Shown in pieces: positions 16,494-24,891 of a DNA stretch of 31,046 nt. The stretch covers positions 1-31,046 of the IMG/VR virus record IMGVR_UViG_3300032227_000542; one strand, 5' to 3'. The notes beneath the pieces were generated by a model, which was given only the letters and a program-made list of their open reading frames with translations, was not told the origin of the DNA and made no database searches. Source of the stretch: a virus. Taxonomy: Duplodnaviria > Caudoviricetes. How positions within the stretch are numbered: position 1 is the first letter of the stretch; each line of letters starts with the position of its first letter. Made by a program: the position numbers and the translations under genes.

Positions 16494-17078
16494 TTAAAAT
16501 GAATTAAATAATTTTTCTATTTCCTGTAATGCAAGCGCCTCGGGGCTTACCGCGCCCATCGTTAAACCGACGTGGTCAAAGTAACCCTCAATCGAAAACC
16601 CTTTAACCTTTCCCTCTTTAACGCTCGCCCATATTTCGGGGTTATCTACTTTTGAACCGATTACCCAAGTTCCAACGGGTACGTCCATTCCTAAAAAAGC
16701 GCTTTTATCGTTTTCACTTTCCTTATACCACGATTCCACTACGGTGACGCCCTCAATAGGTTTCATATGTTCAAAAGTATGAGCATTTTGAAACCCATTT
16801 TTCATAAACGCGTGAGCGCAGTTATAAATCGTTTCTTTATCGAAAACGATATAATACTCCTCGCCCGTTTCCTTATCAATCCTTAAAATCGGTTTATCGG
16901 GAATTAGCGCGGGGCCGTAAAGCATACGCCGTTCGTTATCGAGGGCCTCGAGTTTAACTTCCTTTTTTAATGCGATCCAATTGGACTCAATGGCGGGAAA
17001 TTCTACGAGTGAAATAGCCTCGACTCCCAAGCTACCCTCGGGGCCAATTACACATTTAAATATTTTTTTCGAATCCAT
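16494..17078 (-). CDS. XkdF-like putative prohead serine protease
   Basis: AISLVEFPAIE, RMLYGPALIP, HTFEH, VESW, GTWV and KGFSIEG. Confidence 0.85.
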   Translation of the reverse strand: MDSKKIFKCVIGPEGSLGVEAISLVEFPAIESNWIALKKEVKLEALDNERRMLYGPALIPDKPILRIDKETGEEYYIVFDKETIYNCAHAFMKNGFQNAHTFEHMKPIEGVTVVESWYKESENDKSAFLGMDVPVGTWVIGSKVDNPEIWASVKEGKVKGFSIEGYFDHVGLTMGAVSPEALALQEIEKLFNSF

Positions 17079-17085
17079 TTTTTTT

Positions 17086-17157
17086 TATATTTGTTCCGAA
17101 TTAGTTTTCAGTTTCAAAATATGGGTTGGGCCTCCAAACGTGGGGGCCTTTCTTTTT
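17086..17157 (+). ncRNA. Candidate small RNA antisense to the late operon, with its -7 box
   Basis: TATATTTG at 17086-17093, then GGCCTCCA-AACG-TGGGGGCC-TTTCTTTTT terminator whose wobble fits only the + strand; no clear -33 box. Confidence 0.5.
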
Positions 17158-19405
17158 ATAGTCTCGCGAGGTCTTGAACTTTCGCCCGCGCCTCAAGTGA
17201 ACTCGCCACGTCGCCCGCGAGCACATAAGCGGGTTGAGCTTGCTGAGGTTGGTTTTGAATATTAAACGCCGCCAGCGGGTTAAACTCGGGAACGGTTCCA
17301 CCTGAAGCCGCCACGCCTTGAGCGCTGAGGCTTGGGACGCTCGTATTATTTCCCCCACTCGGAGCGGGCGAACTAAATGTCGTCGCCTTAATCTTTGCCA
17401 CGTTAGCAAGTCCCGCCGCAACCGCCGCCGCCGCCGCGATAAATGCGCGCGGTACCGATGTAGGGTCGCCAGGAATCAATTGGGACGCATAAGCGCCCTG
17501 AGCGGCTTTATAAGTCTCTATACCCGTCTGAGCGATTTGGAGAGCTTTTTGGCGCTGAAACGCGGCTTTTTGGCTTTGCTGGCTTTTACCCGCGAAAGCC
17601 TCATTTAACGAGAGAAGGGTGGAAACGGTATTGGTGGCCGCTTGGATTCGGGCGTCGCTTAATTGTTTCGCCTTATCCGCCTCGGCTTTGGCGGCGTCTT
17701 CCTGTTTTTTGGTTTCCTCATCGCGGTACCTTTGGCGGATTTCCCCCTCTTTGGTTAATAGTTCGTTTTCGAGGTTGGCCGCATCCGAGCCCGCCGCCTT
17801 TAAAATCTCGATACGTTCAAAATAGGAATCTCGGAGCGCCTGTAATTCGCGATCCTTTGCGCTGAGCCCCGCTTGAAAATTAGCCTCCTCGAGCGCCTCA
17901 AGCTCCGCCGCCTCATTTAGTGCATTTTGGCGGACTTGGTCCGCGAGCGCTTTATCCTTTTCGGCTTGCTGGGCGAGTTCGAGGTCCGAATATTTTTTAA
18001 GAACCCCAAGGCGTTCCGCTTCCTTTTCGTCCGCGATTTGATTAATTAAATTTTGATTATTGCCCGCCTGAGTTTTTAACTTTTCATATTTTAAATCGAG
18101 CTGGCGGAGTTCCTTTTCCTCATCACTTAAACCCGCCTGAAAACGAGCCTCGCGGGCGTCGCTAATTGCCTGAGTTACCTCCGCCTCGTTTTGTTTAATT
18201 TGTTGGGCGCGTTGTTGGGCGGCTTGTTTTGCGCGCTCGATTCGTTTCTTCTCCTCAGCCGCCGCGTCGGTTCGTATTTTCTCCGCCGCGCTCGCCTCCT
18301 CCTCAGCCGCTTTTATATTTATTTCACCATTTGCCGCAATTGCCTTAGATCGCGCGTCGAGTTGTTCTTTCGTTAATAGAACTCCTTTTTTTTCGAGCTC
18401 ATTAACCTTATTAATTAAGTTATCGTTTTCGGCGATTTCCTTATTACGATAGTCGTCGTTTATCGCTTTGACATCGCCGCCCGTTTTTTGAGCGTTAGCG
18501 ACCGCCAGCCTCCGAGCGTTATCGAGTTTTTTCTGATTCCCCTCGAGGTTAGCGATAGCCGAGTCCACAGAATCCGCCGCCGCGACCGCCGTTAAACCAA
18601 TGGCGTCGGTAAATCCTGTAATGGCATTTTTTACCGAACTAATTACGGAGCCAATTACCTCGAATGCAGTTCCAACGCCAGGGATTATATTGGCGAGTTT
18701 ATCGAAATTAGTAATTATGAGCGCTATAACCGAACCTATTAAAAATATAGGGTTAGTTAAAAGCGCTTTTCCAAGGTTTAAAACCGACTTGGTAAAAGCC
18801 CCCGAGCCTTCCGTCGCTCCTGAGAAATTTAACCCCTTTACATTTTTAGCCAACCCGTTAAGACTATCCGCCGCGCCGCCGAAATCGAGCGACCCGAGAC
18901 GGCTTTGGAGGTTGCGTAAATTATTTCCCGCACTCTCAAACGCTGGGCCCGCGTTGGCTCCAATCTCCTCGTTAAAATCTTTTTGGGCGTCCTTTAATTG
19001 CTCGAGCCGCGTTTTTAAATTCTGATATTCGGCCGAGGTTTTCGGGAGGTTGGTAGTTTGGAGCTCGTTTGTGAGGTCCTTTATTTGTTGGCGAAAGTTC
19101 TTAACGGGTTCCGAGGGTACGTTAGCGCCCAAATCATTCAACCGCCCTTTTAATTCCTCGACGCTTTGGCTAACGACTTTCGAGGACCCGCCGAGTTCTT
19201 TATATTGTAACGCGAGCTCGGTCCATTCGCGCGAACTTGGATCGACTGAGGCCAATTGCTTTTTAAGGTCCCCAACTTGCTGGGCCCAACCTTGAGCCGA
19301 GGCCCCCGCCTCGTTAATGGCGCCCGTGAGGTTGTCGATGCTTTTGGTAGCGCCCGAGTCATCGACCGTTAAAATTACTTGCGCCTTTAAATTTTCCTCA
19401 GCCAT
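17156..19405 (-). CDS. Tape measure protein
   Basis: 749 aa, Ala-rich coiled coils, internal repeats (FQAGLS x2), hydrophobic LLTNPIFLIGSVIALII segment. Confidence 0.85.
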   Translation of the reverse strand: MAEENLKAQVILTVDDSGATKSIDNLTGAINEAGASAQGWAQQVGDLKKQLASVDPSSREWTELALQYKELGGSSKVVSQSVEELKGRLNDLGANVPSEPVKNFRQQIKDLTNELQTTNLPKTSAEYQNLKTRLEQLKDAQKDFNEEIGANAGPAFESAGNNLRNLQSRLGSLDFGGAADSLNGLAKNVKGLNFSGATEGSGAFTKSVLNLGKALLTNPIFLIGSVIALIITNFDKLANIIPGVGTAFEVIGSVISSVKNAITGFTDAIGLTAVAAADSVDSAIANLEGNQKKLDNARRLAVANAQKTGGDVKAINDDYRNKEIAENDNLINKVNELEKKGVLLTKEQLDARSKAIAANGEINIKAAEEEASAAEKIRTDAAAEEKKRIERAKQAAQQRAQQIKQNEAEVTQAISDAREARFQAGLSDEEKELRQLDLKYEKLKTQAGNNQNLINQIADEKEAERLGVLKKYSDLELAQQAEKDKALADQVRQNALNEAAELEALEEANFQAGLSAKDRELQALRDSYFERIEILKAAGSDAANLENELLTKEGEIRQRYRDEETKKQEDAAKAEADKAKQLSDARIQAATNTVSTLLSLNEAFAGKSQQSQKAAFQRQKALQIAQTGIETYKAAQGAYASQLIPGDPTSVPRAFIAAAAAVAAGLANVAKIKATTFSSPAPSGGNNTSVPSLSAQGVAASGGTVPEFNPLAAFNIQNQPQQAQPAYVLAGDVASSLEARAKVQDLARL

Positions 19406-19577
19406 TAAACCAATTTATTAGAATGTAAATAATAAAGCCCCACCAAACAGCAAACGAGCCCCACACAAATAAACGGAAAAGCCAAAGCCGTTTACCCTTT
19501 AAAGCATAAGAGGGCGTTTTTGATTTTACGCCCATTCTGAGGAGCTTGAGCGTTGGAGTTATAGTGTTGGCCTTCAT
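19398..19577 (-). CDS. Small membrane protein, 59 aa (MKANTITPTLKLL...WWGFIIYILINWFNG)
   Basis: Translated by hand; starts immediately after the upstream TAA and overlaps the tape measure start. Confidence 0.65.
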   Translation of the reverse strand: MKANTITPTLKLLRMGVKSKTPSYALKGKRLWLFRLFVWGSFAVWWGFIIYILINWFNG

Positions 19578-22500
19578 TTATCTTATTTGTGTATAGTTAA
19601 GCCTCAAAAGTACGTTAACGCCTGTATAAGGGAAACCCGCGCCGCCCGAGGTTACCTTGAAACGATGCTCGCTCGTGTCGGTTGCGGTATCAATTGTAAA
19701 CGCCAGGGTTAAACCCGTTCCGCTATTCGCTGAGCTTATCGAAATAGGAGCCGACGCGGCCGTTACCCCTGAGATTTTTGACATATAAAAGGAGCCCGTT
19801 TGATAAATAAACAGCCCGTTAACATCGCTCGCATGTAATAAATAATCCACTACCCACGTCGTCGAATCGGGAATCGCTAAACGCTCGGCCACGTCATTCG
19901 ACGGGAATAACTCGAGCACCTGAGAAACGGCCGAAAATCCACGGGCGTTTGAAAATATAACCGTCCCCGCCTGAGCCGCTCCAAAGTCTCCCGAGGTTGT
20001 ACGATCGCCGCCTCCAAAATGGAACCCGAAAACGTTGGCGTAAGCATTACGGCCGAGAATAGTCGTTCCCTTATTCGCCCCCTCAAGTTTTAATATTGAA
20101 CCCACGGCGAGCGTGGCGGAGTTTCCGTCCTCAATAGTGAACTTTTCGCCAGCCAAAACACTAAAGGAGGTCTCGGGGCTAACTATTGCGTTGGCCGTTG
20201 CGGCGAGTACGTTGGTGGGCCTGTTTACCGATGGAGTCCCGAGCATAATAGCCGCCGCCGCGCCTCCGCCACCTGGGCCGCCTGGCGTATCGATACCCTC
20301 ACCAAATGCAAGGCACCGCCCCCCATCAACCTCACTCCACGTGTAACCGTAACGGGTGCAACAAATTTCATTGGCAGGTTGGGGGTCGCCGTTAAAATCT
20401 TCAAAAGTTACCTCTTGAACTTGACCCTCGGTAACGGTTACCGCAACGGGAACTAACGAGCAATCGGGAACGTCCTCGAGCACTTTTAAAAGCGTGAGTT
20501 TCGTAGATTCCTGAAGGCCTATTTTATAATCCGAAATTTCGAGGATACGCCAATAGCTATCTTTAATCCAATAGCGGTTATTAAAACCAAACGAAAGAAC
20601 GTCGCTAAAATCGAGCGCCAAATGAGCCTCCATAATTCGGGCCTGAGGCGAATAAAGCCCGTTTAAATACGGCCGCCAATATTCGTTAAATAGGTTTCGA
20701 AACGGTGGCGCTGTTATCGCATGTAACGGAGTCTCGGGTGCAAAGTTTAAATCGAAATCCGCTACGCTTGCATCGACGCTTGAGTAATTATTGAAAATAT
20801 TTACCGCCGTAGCCGCAACGTCTTGAGCGTAATCGTCGAAAAGTTGAACGGTTGCAATATCCGCCAGGAATAAAAACCGAAGGTTAGGGATAACGAACTC
20901 GCGGGCGGGGTTAATAAATTTCGGGATTACGATCGCGCTCCCGTCGATGTATGTCGCTGGCGTACTTTCGGCCGTTAGTTGAATTTTTAAATCCCCGTTT
21001 GCAAACTCATTCGGCTCAGCGCTTGAGTTTATTTGGTATCCGTTTAATATTTGGAAGCGTCCGTAAACGCGGCCGTTATCCTGAAAGAATTTACTAAATT
21101 GGTCCCCTCCGCCCTTATAAGTAAAATCGAAATTCCTTTTTTGAAATTCCGTCGTTGGGCTGAGCGTTACATCTTTGGAAATATCGAGCTTTTGCGTCCA
21201 ATTTTCTGTAATGCCTGAATTTATATAGTCCTTAATTGGCACGATTAAAACCTCCCGAGGTACGTCGCGGCTCGGAATCATCACGCCCGCGTGCATGTTT
21301 AAAACGTCCTTAACGAAATCAATCTTTTTAATAACGGGAGCGTTAGCCACCGCGTCGAAAGTATCCCCGTAAAGGCGGAAATAATCCACAAGCTCCCAAC
21401 CCGAGCCCGTTAACGGGTCGTTTGTTGCTGAGCCAATAAATAAAGGCGTGGCGGGAAAACTCGAATAGGGCCGCATTTCATCCCCCGCATTCATAAAAAG
21501 CGGGTCCGTAGTAAATTGAATCGCTTGGATTACACCGTTATTTTGGTCGGTACCCGAAACCGCTATTTCCAAATTAACGACGGTCGTATATGCTATCGGG
21601 CTTGTGTATCTTCTAAAAGTAATCCCCGCAGTATTGGCCCCGAATGTCCCCACGGGTTGAACGTGAGCGAAAAAACGGAAAGTATAAAACCCATCATTTG
21701 GCGCGACGAAACCCGTAGCGCTATAATTTCCCCCGTTATCAACAAGCGCCCCAAATAAAATGGGGTCGTTATCAGTTACGGCCGTAGTGGCGGCGGTTAA
21801 TCCCGCGTTAAAATAAATATCGCTCGCAGTTTCCTCAGTTACGACGCGTTGGCTGTTTATCCACGGTACCCAATACCCCGTTAAAATCGATTCCAAGGGC
21901 GTTGGAAGCAAGATAAAACCCGCGTCCGTTATAATCCCCTCGAATAGTTCCCAAGCGTTAACGAATGGGGTTAAATCCGCCGCGTAAATAGGTTGTTCGG
22001 AATTACTAACGGGCCGTGAATTAGGGCTCCCGAGTTGGTCCCAATTTTGCCCACGATCCACAAGCCCCCATTGAACGGAATTCCCGAGGTCCAAATCGAC
22101 CAGGCTCCAAATATCTCCCGAGGTGTAATTAAATGAAACGCCCACGTTCCAAATAACTAAACTGTTAGGAATGTCGACGCTCGTTATTACGCGGTTCATT
22201 ATGTTTGAGCCGTTATCGAAACGAATCGTTAACCCCACTAAATCGTCGGTTACGGGTAACGGATAAAAAAAGTCAGTTTCTCCAATGTTTACGTTGGTAG
22301 CCATTACCCCCGTTTTTAAAATCCAATCGTCTTGAGTTATTCCGTATTGGATAACATGGTTATAAGTTGGCAGCCTCGAAATCGTCCCGAGTAAGCCGTC
22401 CCCAATCGAGCGGAATAAATCGGGCGTCTCGCCGTAAAAGGTAACTTGAATATCCGTTAGTAAATCATTCTGGCGAAAGGTTTTCATGACCCGCAAATGA

Positions 22501-23078
22501 CCCCTAACGATCGGCACCGTATCGACCCGAATCTCGGCGGGTATCTTTGTAGCGTAAATATTCTCGGAGTCTAAATAATTGGAGTCATCTAAAAAACCGA
22601 AAACGGTAACGTTACGGTCGCTGGCGGGGATGCGAAACTCGCGCGTAAAATCGCCGAGCGCCTGAAAATTACCAACGTCCTGAAAAGCCCAATTTTGCGA
22701 AATCGATTCGAGCGGGTACAAATCCAAATAAGTTTCGGTTTCGGTGCCTAATTGAAAGGTTATATAAACGAGGTTAGGGTCGGGCGGGGCAAGTTCAACT
22801 AAAGCAAAACTAAACTCACCACTAACACCCGAAACGGTTGAAGGAACAGGGTCAAGATGATATGTTGCAAGTAACACATCCGAACTATCATACGCCTTTA
22901 TCGTACTGTCCCCTCCATTTGTGACCTGAGTAATAAAAGCGTTTAAAATATCAGGGGTTAAAAATGGCGGTACACTTCCGTCATTTAAAATAAAATTCAC
23001 AATACCGTTAGGTATCGCTCCCGTTTTATAAGTCGCAACACCGCCACCCCTTACAATTAAATGTACCTCATTTATCAT
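19578..23078 (-). CDS. Large tail tip / baseplate hub-like protein
   Basis: YLDLY...ISQNW...FTREFRIPAS N-terminus, NLFNEYW..Y...LY and I.DSYWRI motifs, beta-rich C-terminus; ATGA overlap favours start 23078. Confidence 0.75.
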   Translation of the reverse strand: MINEVHLIVRGGGVATYKTGAIPNGIVNFILNDGSVPPFLTPDILNAFITQVTNGGDSTIKAYDSSDVLLATYHLDPVPSTVSGVSGEFSFALVELAPPDPNLVYITFQLGTETETYLDLYPLESISQNWAFQDVGNFQALGDFTREFRIPASDRNVTVFGFLDDSNYLDSENIYATKIPAEIRVDTVPIVRGHLRVMKTFRQNDLLTDIQVTFYGETPDLFRSIGDGLLGTISRLPTYNHVIQYGITQDDWILKTGVMATNVNIGETDFFYPLPVTDDLVGLTIRFDNGSNIMNRVITSVDIPNSLVIWNVGVSFNYTSGDIWSLVDLDLGNSVQWGLVDRGQNWDQLGSPNSRPVSNSEQPIYAADLTPFVNAWELFEGIITDAGFILLPTPLESILTGYWVPWINSQRVVTEETASDIYFNAGLTAATTAVTDNDPILFGALVDNGGNYSATGFVAPNDGFYTFRFFAHVQPVGTFGANTAGITFRRYTSPIAYTTVVNLEIAVSGTDQNNGVIQAIQFTTDPLFMNAGDEMRPYSSFPATPLFIGSATNDPLTGSGWELVDYFRLYGDTFDAVANAPVIKKIDFVKDVLNMHAGVMIPSRDVPREVLIVPIKDYINSGITENWTQKLDISKDVTLSPTTEFQKRNFDFTYKGGGDQFSKFFQDNGRVYGRFQILNGYQINSSAEPNEFANGDLKIQLTAESTPATYIDGSAIVIPKFINPAREFVIPNLRFLFLADIATVQLFDDYAQDVAATAVNIFNNYSSVDASVADFDLNFAPETPLHAITAPPFRNLFNEYWRPYLNGLYSPQARIMEAHLALDFSDVLSFGFNNRYWIKDSYWRILEISDYKIGLQESTKLTLLKVLEDVPDCSLVPVAVTVTEGQVQEVTFEDFNGDPQPANEICCTRYGYTWSEVDGGRCLAFGEGIDTPGGPGGGGAAAAIMLGTPSVNRPTNVLAATANAIVSPETSFSVLAGEKFTIEDGNSATLAVGSILKLEGANKGTTILGRNAYANVFGFHFGGGDRTTSGDFGAAQAGTVIFSNARGFSAVSQVLELFPSNDVAERLAIPDSTTWVVDYLLHASDVNGLFIYQTGSFYMSKISGVTAASAPISISSANSGTGLTLAFTIDTATDTSEHRFKVTSGGAGFPYTGVNVLLRLNYTQIR

Positions 23079-24364
23079 GTCCAATAATCTTGCGAGTAAC
23101 TTAATTTCAAAGTCACGTTATATAATTTTCCATTCCGCTCGCGGCGTTCCAAAAAACTCGTTTCTGTTAAGGATACGGGCCGCATATCCGAGCCCGTTAA
23201 TAGTTGAACCTGATTCGATGCGAGCAACGAACGTAAATAAATATATTCGTTTTCTTGTATCCAATCGGACGTAATGGTTAGATTTTGTGTTACTATGTTT
23301 TGGCGGTCGTAAAGCTGGCGATCGTAGGGGGTAAATATTGAGGAGGTCCCGTTAAATAAAACCCGTTTAAACTGTTTACGTTCTACGTTATCTGTTATCT
23401 CGCTTTTCTTTATAAAATTGAAATAATCCCAACCGCCGCGAGAATTAACCCAAGCTAATCGAACGTTATCGTAACGGCAATCGTATTGCCCATAAAATTC
23501 GGCGTTATAAAAGTAATATCTAACGCTCGCCTGAGTGGCGGCGCCCGCAAAGCATTGAACGGTATAATAGCGCCATCCTGGGCTCGATGTCGGGTCGGGC
23601 ATACTTGGGACCGTGCTATTTTTTAAATTCTGAGGCCCGCAAGGAATCCCCTCCAAAGGGTCGCCAGCAAAAAGAACGTCAGTAGATGAAACCGAACCCG
23701 TCGAGCTTACGAGTGTAACGCGGTAACGGTCCGCTGTCGTTGGTGCTAAATAAGTGTCAATACCTGGGACCATCAATAAACCGTAATCGCTATCGAGTGT
23801 CGGTATAAACACTTGACCCGCTGTTAACGTAATTCCCAAACTTTCGGCGAGCGGCCAAACGTGAGTATTAGTTTTGCGGTCACTCATAGCGTAGGCGTTG
23901 GCACTATTGAGCGAAAATCGAATATTAAAATTCGAGCTCCCGAAAACGTTGGGGCGAAATCCATCCGTCGGTTGGTAGTACGCATTAAAAACAGCCGTTT
24001 GAGCGGTTTCGTCCACGCCCTCGTTTTGAGTCAATACCCCGTCGACGATCCACCATTCAGAAAAAACCAACTCGTAAAGGTTCCACCCATTCCCGAGGGT
24101 TTCCGTATATGTCGAGGCGGTTGAAACGTGGACGTTAGTCCCTTCCTGATTATGAAGGTTAACGAGCGGGCTCAAATCGAAATAAATATGGCCGTCGGGG
24201 CTCGGCTGTAAATAGAAAAAATAATCTTTTCCCGTGGCCGTATCGGTTACCTCAATACCAAATCGAAACCCAGCGTTACCGCTGTTAGTGCTCGTTAAGT
24301 CATAAATGAGTTTTTGGCCGCGTGGCGTCCAATCGTAAGGCTGTTCATTAATCGTTAGCGCCAT
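23075..24364 (-). CDS. Tail structural protein (distal-tail-like position)
   Basis: 429 aa, beta-rich, CRYDNVRLAWVNSRGGWDYFNF motif; precedes the hub-like gene. Confidence 0.65.
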   Translation of the reverse strand: MALTINEQPYDWTPRGQKLIYDLTSTNSGNAGFRFGIEVTDTATGKDYFFYLQPSPDGHIYFDLSPLVNLHNQEGTNVHVSTASTYTETLGNGWNLYELVFSEWWIVDGVLTQNEGVDETAQTAVFNAYYQPTDGFRPNVFGSSNFNIRFSLNSANAYAMSDRKTNTHVWPLAESLGITLTAGQVFIPTLDSDYGLLMVPGIDTYLAPTTADRYRVTLVSSTGSVSSTDVLFAGDPLEGIPCGPQNLKNSTVPSMPDPTSSPGWRYYTVQCFAGAATQASVRYYFYNAEFYGQYDCRYDNVRLAWVNSRGGWDYFNFIKKSEITDNVERKQFKRVLFNGTSSIFTPYDRQLYDRQNIVTQNLTITSDWIQENEYIYLRSLLASNQVQLLTGSDMRPVSLTETSFLERRERNGKLYNVTLKLSYSQDYWT

Positions 24365-24366
24365 TT

Positions 24367-24891
24367 TTATTTAATGTATTTATCGGCTTTTAAACGGGCC
24401 TGTTTAAATATTTCGTTCCTATAAAATAAACGGAACTCCTTACCGCTTTTTCTAAATTCATCTTGGAAGGCGTCCCGCATGTAATCTATTCCAACTATTC
24501 CACGGGTACCGATACGGCGCGCCATTCTCGCGGCTTCCCAAAGTCTCGTTTTTTGATTGTCCGATTTAAACAGGCTTTTGTCCTTCATCCAATCGTAAAT
24601 TGGCGAAACGGGCGGCCACGTTTTCGGGTCGTTATTTGGGCGGCGTCCCTTTTCTATTACGTCGGCGTAATCCCGCGTTGGATCGTTTGGTTTAACGCCA
24701 AACCATTGGAGAATCTGAGGCCCTCGTTTAAAATAACCCCAGGTCAAAGCGGCTAACAAATTACCACGATAAACGCGGTTAACCGACCGCCCGCGAATAG
24801 TTCGTTTTTTCCTGAGGTTAGCCTGAGCGCGTTTAATCACTCGAGCCCCGAATTCATCTAAAACGGGCCGATATGTTTCGAGTTTTGCCAT
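24367..24891 (-). CDS. Putative neck / tail completion protein (HK97 gp10-like)
   Basis: Basic 174 aa with RGNL...DYADVIEKGRRP pattern. Confidence 0.55.
   Translation of the reverse strand: MAKLETYRPVLDEFGARVIKRAQANLRKKRTIRGRSVNRVYRGNLLAALTWGYFKRGPQILQWFGVKPNDPTRDYADVIEKGRRPNNDPKTWPPVSPIYDWMKDKSLFKSDNQKTRLWEAARMARRIGTRGIVGIDYMRDAFQDEFRKSGKEFRLFYRNEIFKQARLKADKYIK

Noticed and set aside
17101-17421. 106-aa - strand ORF overlapping the tape measure end
   Set aside because: Alternate frame, Arg-rich shadow composition, no slippery site noticed, and it runs across the intergenic hairpin
17413-17438. GCC trinucleotide run
   Set aside because: Simply encodes the poly-Ala stretch of the tape measure protein
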